IMG/VR virus record: IMGVR_UViG_3300025900_000203
DNA length: 64,000 bases
Strand: one strand, 5' to 3'
From: an uncultured virus (IMG/VR IMGVR_UViG_3300025900_000203)
Taxonomy: Duplodnaviria; Heunggongvirae; Uroviricota; Caudoviricetes
This document shows positions 57,952 through 64,000 of the stretch, one piece after another. Made by a program: the position numbers and the translations under genes. The number at the start of each line of letters is the position of its first letter. Positions within the stretch are counted from its first letter, which is position 1. The notes under the pieces were generated by a model, which made no database searches, was not told the origin of the DNA, and saw only the letters and a program-made list of their open reading frames with translations.

Positions 57952-58083
57952 CCTTCGCGCTGTGGCCGCAGTCGCGATCGTCGACCGATCGCGCAAGCAA
58001 GCCAAGCGTCGTAGCGATCGAAGCGTCCGGCGAATTTCTCGGGATTTTGGGAAAAAACTTGCAGACGTCGTAAAGTCGATCCT

Positions 58084-59382
58084 GTGGCGGATATCAAGAA
58101 GATCGGTAGCCTTGTCCCTGAGGAAGGCGAGGGAATCATCACCGAGCGAGGCCCTCGTGGACCACGTGGACATGACGGCCACGAGGGACCGACAGGTCCT
58201 ACAGGTCCTGGCGGTGGTGGAGCTGGTTCGACGGGACCGACCGGATCAACCGGATCGACTGGACCGAGTGGAGTTGGACCGACGGGTGCGACGGGTGCTC
58301 CTTCGGCAGTGACAGGTCCCACGGGCTCGACAGGTTCCACAGGGCCGACAGGTTTCACAGGGCCGACAGGTGCTCCTTCGACGGTGACGGGACCTACTGG
58401 GAGCACCGGCGCGACGGGTAACACAGGACCGACGTCGACGGTTACGCAGTACACCTTCATCCTCAATCAGGACGCTGCGCCGTCTCCTTCACCGCCGCTG
58501 TATCAGGATTGGGCCACGTGCTTCGCCGCGATGTCGCTCGTTCCAGGCCCCAAGCTCCTCGTGCTGGCTGCGACGGGTCACACGACGACCGTGCCCCTCG
58601 GGACGTGGGACTTCACAGAAGTCACGGTGCTGGGTGATGAAGATCAAGACATCCAACAGGTGCTCGATTTCCCACTCGCCTCGGATGGGGTGGTGGCCAC
58701 GAACCTCGGCACGATTGGTCCTGGTGTGACCATCACCGTGCACACCAACACGCCGCCCGTGCAGGACTTCTTAGGTCCGATTCGTCTCGCGCGAAACAGC
58801 ACTGTCGCTCCGATCGTTCCGCTGTGGGCCTATACCGCAGCTTCTGTCGGGAAGACTGTACAGATTGACGTCTACGGCAATCTCGGTAACGGAAGCCAGA
58901 ACGCCTTCGACACGTCTGGATCGGGCGGCATGATCGTTCACCTGCTCGCCGCGGATGGGGCTGTCATTCTCGACAGTGCCCTCAGCGGTGACGGCGGCGC
59001 TGGATCATTGCTGATTCAAACAGGCGAAAACGGCAATGCGGGAGCGATTCAAGACAGCTGGGGGACGGTGGACTTTGTCAACTTCTTCCCAGGCGCGAAT
59101 GTCGTCGGGCTTGGAGATGGCAATACAATCACCACGGGACATCTGTCCGTCGGCGACTCTACAGGCGGCAATCTCAACTGTCCGTTAATCCCTGTCAATC
59201 AAACGGCTGGCGGTATTGCCATCGTGAAGAATGTCGGTACCGCGAATACGATCACCATCACGGCCGCGGCCTTTGACTTTATCGACGCCGCGCCGACCAA
59301 CACGTTCGTTGTGGCGGCAGGCAAGGCAGTGTGGCTCATGAATGACAACAGCCACCTCTGGTACGTCGTCGCGCAGGCCTAG
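58084..59382 (+). CDS. Collagen-like (GxT repeat) fibre protein with beta-rich C-terminal domain
   Basis: [10 protein letters not shown] then GPTGSTG repeats. Confidence 0.8.
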   Translation: MADIKKIGSLVPEEGEGIITERGPRGPRGHDGHEGPTGPTGPGGGGAGSTGPTGSTGSTGPSGVGPTGATGAPSAVTGPTGSTGSTGPTGFTGPTGAPSTVTGPTGSTGATGNTGPTSTVTQYTFILNQDAAPSPSPPLYQDWATCFAAMSLVPGPKLLVLAATGHTTTVPLGTWDFTEVTVLGDEDQDIQQVLDFPLASDGVVATNLGTIGPGVTITVHTNTPPVQDFLGPIRLARNSTVAPIVPLWAYTAASVGKTVQIDVYGNLGNGSQNAFDTSGSGGMIVHLLAADGAVILDSALSGDGGAGSLLIQTGENGNAGAIQDSWGTVDFVNFFPGANVVGLGDGNTITTGHLSVGDSTGGNLNCPLIPVNQTAGGIAIVKNVGTANTITITAAAFDFIDAAPTNTFVVAAGKAVWLMNDNSHLWYVVAQA

Positions 59383-59729
59383 ATGAGTCTTGTGCGTACG
59401 GTGACGGATGGATGTTCGTCGCTCTCTTCTGCCTGGACTTCCACCTCGCTTGCGAGATAGCCGATCTCGTCCTTGGTGAATCCAGTGACATCAAACGTGA
59501 GGACGCGCAACGTAGCTCCCCCGCGTTTGGTTTCCCCGCGTTTGACGATCTTCGAGTCCAGCGGGCTGGCATCCGGGTGCCCAGGCTTCCCTTTGTAATA
59601 GCGCTTTCCACCCTGTCCATCGGAGGCTTCCCCTTGCGCCACGGCTTCTCCTTCGAGCGCTCCGATTTCAGTTTTCGACAGCGACGTGACATCGAACGAG
59701 ACCTCGAGTTTCGTGCAGCGCTTGCTCAT
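59379..59729 (-). CDS. Hypothetical protein with internal duplication
   Basis: FDVT..SK.EIG.L..E...Q.E.SD occurs twice. Confidence 0.6.
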   Translation of the reverse strand: MSKRCTKLEVSFDVTSLSKTEIGALEGEAVAQGEASDGQGGKRYYKGKPGHPDASPLDSKIVKRGETKRGGATLRVLTFDVTGFTKDEIGYLASEVEVQAEESDEHPSVTVRTRLI

Positions 59730-60179
59730 TGACTGCAGGATACCAGGTGGGATGCCAGCCCGCGATCATGCACGGCCACGCTCCTTTGACCTCGCGCGTG
59801 AAGCTGCTACTGTTCAAATCAGCGAGTTGTGACGGCATGAGCACCGTGGCGCGCGGCATCCGGGTGGACGGAAGGATGGTGATCGGTTGCACGCTCCACC
59901 AGGCTCTCCGCATCGTCGATACGCCAGAGGAGGGGATTGTCGCGTGGGACGAGAGCGGCTTCTCGCTGCCCACTGGCCGTCGCATCGAGATCACTAGCGG
60001 CGATTGCTTCACCACCATCTGGTGGGCGCGCTGTCGCACACCGTGGTGCAAAGGGAAGATCCCAGACGATCTGCCGCTGGAGGATCGTGCCCGTGGCGCG
60101 CGCTGGATCCATCCACCGCCTTGGCTGCTCGTCCCTGTGTCTCGGACGTGGGACCTGGTGCCGTGAGCGTCCCGGCAGC

Positions 60180-60704
60180 TCAACGTACTATCGACACCAG
60201 CACGAGTTGATAGGTGACGTCGATGATCTCTTGCGTATTCGCAATCCCCTTTCCGAAGATTGGAACAAGCATGGAGGCGTCCGAGCTGCCGGTTTGGAGT
60301 GGGATTGGAGGCACGTACAGGAATACGGTCTCACCGACGGGACCCGGAGGTAGTTGTGGTAGATGAATCCCCGGGATCGGCAGTTTGTCGACATCGGGGA
60401 CTGGGATCGGCGCGGTGAGCGTCAAGATCACTTTGAGGTAGCCAGGTGCTACCACAGCATCTAGTCCGCCGAACGTGATGCCACCCGTCAGGTTGAGCAC
60501 ATCGGCCGTGTACGTGATGGAGAGGTCATTCGCGACTGTCGCGGTGATGCGGATTTGCGCGGAGATCGCAACAGCGAATCCGAGTGGATCTTGCTTGGTA
60601 CCACTCCCCTGGAGGCTCGCATCATGGAACACACGCGAGAGCCCCTTATGTTGTTGCTTCGGAGCGCACGCGCTCGTCGCGCTTGCCAGTTTGGAGTCAG
60701 CCAT
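60180..60704 (-). CDS. Possible virion/tail-fibre-associated protein
   Basis: VFHDASLQGSGT..DPLG motif resembling fibre proteins. Confidence 0.5.
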   Translation of the reverse strand: MADSKLASATSACAPKQQHKGLSRVFHDASLQGSGTKQDPLGFAVAISAQIRITATVANDLSITYTADVLNLTGGITFGGLDAVVAPGYLKVILTLTAPIPVPDVDKLPIPGIHLPQLPPGPVGETVFLYVPPIPLQTGSSDASMLVPIFGKGIANTQEIIDVTYQLVLVSIVR

Positions 60705-60848
60705 GCGGCATTCTAGGTGAATCCCCGTAGACGTGCGAATTACTTACCCTCGTGCCCGCGTCGCGGATCTGTCTCAGCCATGCCCTACGTTATGACAGCC
60801 TTGCGCGCGGGCGTATTCGTACTGCCACATGCTGTGAAAGCCCAACCC

Positions 60849-60864
60849 GGGTACTTGAATACCC
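60849..60864. promoter_or_regulatory. GGGTA-N6-TACCC palindrome
   Basis: GGGTActtgaaTACCC in a divergent intergenic region. Confidence 0.7.
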
Positions 60865-60950
60865 AACAGCGCTAGCAACGTGCTGCAAGAGGTCTTGGCA
60901 GTTCCTGCGGTTCCTGGCAGGATGGCCCTGCGGTTGCTTTAACGAAGCGC

Positions 60951-61289
60951 ATGAAGGATCTCGCGAAGAAGAAACTCGGGCAGTTCTCCAAGCGTTTGGA
61001 AGCGGCCCAGGCCGCTTTTGGTCTTCAGATCGCGAAGCTTGCCGAGCAGGCACGTGCCGAGATCCTGCCGTACTTCAAGGAGCACAACCTCGACTACATG
61101 GCAGGTAATGGCACTTGGATCATCACCAAGCCTTCCGCGGACTCGTCGCCATTCTATCGACCCGAAGACTGCGTGGAGGATGAAGAGTTGCCGGAGAACA
61201 TCCGAGCACTTCTCAACCTCGAAGTTGGCGTGAACGACTACCTCGGCTTTTACATCGAAGACATCCGCCGCGTGAAGTCTGCGGCGTGA
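60951..61289 (+). CDS. Hypothetical protein
   Basis: Clean ORF. Confidence 0.55.
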   Translation: MKDLAKKKLGQFSKRLEAAQAAFGLQIAKLAEQARAEILPYFKEHNLDYMAGNGTWIITKPSADSSPFYRPEDCVEDEELPENIRALLNLEVGVNDYLGFYIEDIRRVKSAA

Positions 61290-62095
61290 GTGGCATCGCA
61301 ATTGCTTTCTACGGACAGCATGACGAATTACCAGAGCATCTCCACATGCGCATGCATCGGCGAAAACTTGGCCGTGCGTTTGCCGGCCGATTGGCTTTCC
61401 GGCCGTGTGGATATGCCGTTGCTCTCGACGGCCGAGGTGGATCATCACCTCGGAGGTAACTCCTCATGGGAACAGCGCCGTGCCTTTGAATGGGGGCTTC
61501 TCGCGCGTGTCTTCCAGCGCAATGGTGATCCGAACACCGCCCGCTACTGTTTCGAGCGGATCGAACTCCTCAAGAAGGGCCCTCCTCTTTGAGCAACCGC
61601 AAAGCGCATCGCCGCGCTCGCAGCTTCCGGCGCCCTGAGAAGTCCGTCCCAGAGCGGTGCCGCCGTCCTAATAAGAGCGAGAGGTACTGGCAAAAACTCG
61701 AGACCCGTCGCTTCCGACGGCGTTCCCGCGTTGAGATCTCCAAGGAGCGATCTTGAAGTACGTGGTCGTGCAGCGTACCGGCTTTATGCCGTACTTTCTG
61801 TGTACGTGGAGTTTCGAGGGAGACGATGAATGGAGCCCTCTAGCGATGCGCGCTCTTCGATTCGAGGGCAAGCGCGCTCGCGCAATCGCCGCCCGCCTCA
61901 ACGCGAGGAATCCAGGATCTCCGCTCCCCGTCCGTGTCGAGACGCTTGGATGACCTGGTTGGATCGGGTGTGGGAAATGATTGTGGGACTGGCCTCATGG
62001 CCCCTGGCGGTTGTCGCGCTGGGACTATTGGCGCTCGAAGCGTTCACTCGTCGTGGGCGACTTGCGCTTGAGTCGTTTACGCGTCGGAGGCGGCC

Positions 62096-62332
62096 ATGAT
62101 CTTCCTCCTGACGATTCACGACAAGATGCTCTACGGAGAGCCTGACATCGCCCTTGGTGTGGTCGAGGCTGATGATGAAGAGGCAGCTCTTCGAGCCGCG
62201 AGGCCGACCATCGAGGCACTCGCAAACCAAGGTCGGGGACGCTGCGTGGTTCAAGCGCGGGCACTGAAACTGGGCAAGCTCTATCGACTGGGTGCGGTGG
62301 TTCGTCTGCCGCCCGCGGATCGAGCGCTGTGA
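62096..62332 (+). CDS. Hypothetical protein
   Basis: RBS GGAGG, ATGA coupling. Confidence 0.5.
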   Translation: MIFLLTIHDKMLYGEPDIALGVVEADDEEAALRAARPTIEALANQGRGRCVVQARALKLGKLYRLGAVVRLPPADRAL

Positions 62333-62337
62333 AGCCT

Positions 62338-62407
62338 GGGTATTCGGTTACCCGTATCCCATTAGCTCTCCTTCGTGACGTGCAAGAGCCTGGGTATCTG
62401 CATACCC
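62338..62407. promoter_or_regulatory. Pair of GGGTA-N6-TACCC palindromes upstream of the ParB-like gene
   Basis: 62338-62353 (ttcggt spacer) and 62392-62407 (tctgca spacer). Confidence 0.75.
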
Positions 62408-62500
62408 AGATAGTTACATCAAGCACTTGCACGACATCTCCAACGGCACGCTGCGTGCTTTACATCTAAGAAGAAACGCGAACTGAACCCCTGAGGATTT

Positions 62501-63376
62501 ATGAGCAACAACCGCGCTGATTCCGCCCCTCGCCAAGAAGTCAAGATGTACGCCCCGGAAGACGTCGTCATCATCGGTCTCGACACCGAGGACGGTCCGT
62601 CGCACCCGTTGTATGACGGCGAAAGCAACGCCGCGCCGCTGATCGAAGCCGACGTGGAGTTCACGAAGGAGCACGGCATCCTTCAGGCCGTTTGCTGCAA
62701 GCGCGACGGTGACAGGCTCTTGGTCGTGTACGGCCGCGGTCGTACGCGTCAGCTCCGCGAGGCCAACAAGCGTCGCAAGGCAGAAGGGCAGGAGCCGTGG
62801 TTCTTGCCCGTGAAGATCATCCGTGGAGACGAGAGCAAGTTGCTCGCGCTCAAGCACGGCGAGAACTCGCATCGTCGTGCGATCAACCCGCTCGCGCGGG
62901 CACGTGAAGCCTACGATCTCGCGCAGCAGATGCCCGAAGCCAAGGCCGCCGTCATCTTGGGACTCGGCATCAACCAGTTCCGCAACGTGGTAAAGTTGCT
63001 CGATCTTGCACCGGCGGTCGCGAAGGCTGTCTCGAAGGGCGAGATCTCCGCGACGGCGGCCGTTGATCTGACCGGCCTGTCCGAGGTCGAGCAGACCGAG
63101 AAGCTTGCCGAGCTGATGAAGGCAAGCGGTGGTGAGAAGCCGACGATCCGCGACGTCAAGGCGGTGGTGCGCGAGGCGAACGGCAAGGCCCCGCTGTTGT
63201 CGCCGGCGCAGCGGATCACGAAGGTGTCGGAGGTGATCACCAAGCTCGACGATTCCGCGACCAAGGACGAGCTCTGGTCGACGATCCGGAAGATCAAGAG
63301 TCTCCTCGAAGATAAGGCGAAGAAGGAGAAGGCGGACAAGGCGAAGAAGGGTACTTCGCGGGCGAGCGCGTCGTGA
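62501..63376 (+). CDS. ParB/Srx-like protein with HTH
   Basis: HGILQAV...LVVYGRGR..., EN..R...NPL..A, HTH-like AAVILGLGINQFRNVVKLLDL...G.IS..AA. Confidence 0.75.
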   Translation: MSNNRADSAPRQEVKMYAPEDVVIIGLDTEDGPSHPLYDGESNAAPLIEADVEFTKEHGILQAVCCKRDGDRLLVVYGRGRTRQLREANKRRKAEGQEPWFLPVKIIRGDESKLLALKHGENSHRRAINPLARAREAYDLAQQMPEAKAAVILGLGINQFRNVVKLLDLAPAVAKAVSKGEISATAAVDLTGLSEVEQTEKLAELMKASGGEKPTIRDVKAVVREANGKAPLLSPAQRITKVSEVITKLDDSATKDELWSTIRKIKSLLEDKAKKEKADKAKKGTSRASAS

Positions 63377-63597
63377 AGATCACATCCGCCACGACCATCG
63401 TCGAGCTGGAGATTCTCAAAGGCGAGCTTGGCGTCGCATCGGTGCGCACGGAGCTACTGGGACTTCGCCGACTCGCCGCGATCCGCCATCCTCAGTACGG
63501 CCACTTCGTGTGCACCGCGGACACCGAGGCAGAAGCGCTCGACGGCGCGTTCGCGAAGCTGATCACGGCGATCAGCGCCGCGCTCGCGGCATCCTGA
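63373..63597 (+). CDS. Hypothetical protein
   Basis: GTGA-coupled ORF. Confidence 0.5.
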   Translation: MKITSATTIVELEILKGELGVASVRTELLGLRRLAAIRHPQYGHFVCTADTEAEALDGAFAKLITAISAALAAS

Positions 63598-63624
63598 GTT
63601 GCTGTCCTCGCAGCGAAGTAACAA

Positions 63625-63900
63625 ATGAAGCTCATACTTCAAACGCTCGACGGCAGGAACACCTTTCACGTGGATGCCCAACTCACGGGGTACACCATGG
63701 CTCTGAAAGCCGGTCAACCCGAGATCCATGCTGACACGGTCGTGTTCGAAGTAAGTGTTCCCTCTCTTGGGGAGTGCTTTTTCGTCGAGCCGAAAGCGCT
63801 GTGGGATGACCTGATCGGCTGCGGTTACCACATCCGTGAGTTGACGGAACAAGCCGCAGAGGCCCGCCGGAAGAGTTGTGATGTTGACCGACCCTTCTGA
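63625..63900 (+). CDS. Hypothetical protein
   Basis: Clean ORF. Confidence 0.5.
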   Translation: MKLILQTLDGRNTFHVDAQLTGYTMALKAGQPEIHADTVVFEVSVPSLGECFFVEPKALWDDLIGCGYHIRELTEQAAEARRKSCDVDRPF

Positions 63901-63949
63901 ACCACCTGCGAACGTGGAGGTCTGTGATGTCGACCGACCCTTCTGAACC
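63877..63949 (+). repeat. 27-bp direct repeat of a gene junction (period 46)
   Basis: TGTGATGTYGACCGACCCTTCTGAACC at 63877 and 63923. Confidence 0.9.
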
Positions 63950-64000
63950 GCTCGTGTTGTCCTACGGCATGGGCGTTGACTCGACCGCGGTGCTCGTGGG
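63927..64000 (+). CDS. PP-loop (PAPS reductase/adenine nucleotide alpha-hydrolase-like) protein, truncated by window end
   Basis: RBS GGAGG; MSTDPSEPLVLSYGMGVDSTAVLV. Confidence 0.7.
   Translation, partial: MSTDPSEPLVLSYGMGVDSTAVLV

Noticed and set aside
39008..62407. GGGTA-N6-TACCC as tyrosine-recombinase (dif/lox-like) sites
   Set aside because: Arms are short, all central hexamers differ, and no recombinase is in the window

Overview
GC-rich, densely packed segment of a large dsDNA phage (or phage-like element). The host is probably in Myxococcota, judging by a eukaryotic-like Ser/Thr kinase-TPR-lipoprotein cassette and myxobacterial-type DNA-binding proteins. No capsid, terminase, portal, integrase, rRNA or recognisable tRNA genes are visible. 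1-27.4 kb (+) is a replication/DNA-metabolism operon with overlapping stop/start codons: Dam-like MTase, RNA-ligase-like and HAD proteins, HerA-like ATPase, SNF2 helicase, SSB-like protein, Dda/RecD-like helicase, family A DNA polymerase, AAA ATPase, an intein-containing C5 methyltransferase with a nested second-subunit ORF, VRR-NUC-like nuclease, primase-VapE and a sigma70-r4-like protein. 27.4-52.1 kb (mostly -) is accessory: collagen-like fibre, NADAR, kinase/TPR, RuvB plus a membrane-anchored RuvA-domain-III protein, an alphaCTD-like protein and a GHKL ATPase-zincin. 52.4-64 kb (mostly +) holds a PAPS-reductase-family gene, a 646-aa Cas12m/TnpB-like RuvC protein with an apparently intact D-E-D triad, a second collagen-like protein, a ParB-like gene and a truncated PP-loop gene. 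The most notable structures are: (1) the Cas12m-like locus, with two convergent, covarying hairpin cassettes and a two-repeat mini-array flanking an M48-like peptidase; (2) ten GGGTA-N6-TACCC palindromes upstream of genes between 39 and 62.4 kb; (3) tandem duplications of stop/start junctions that create chains of coupled micro-ORFs. All family calls come from motif recognition by eye; no searches were run.
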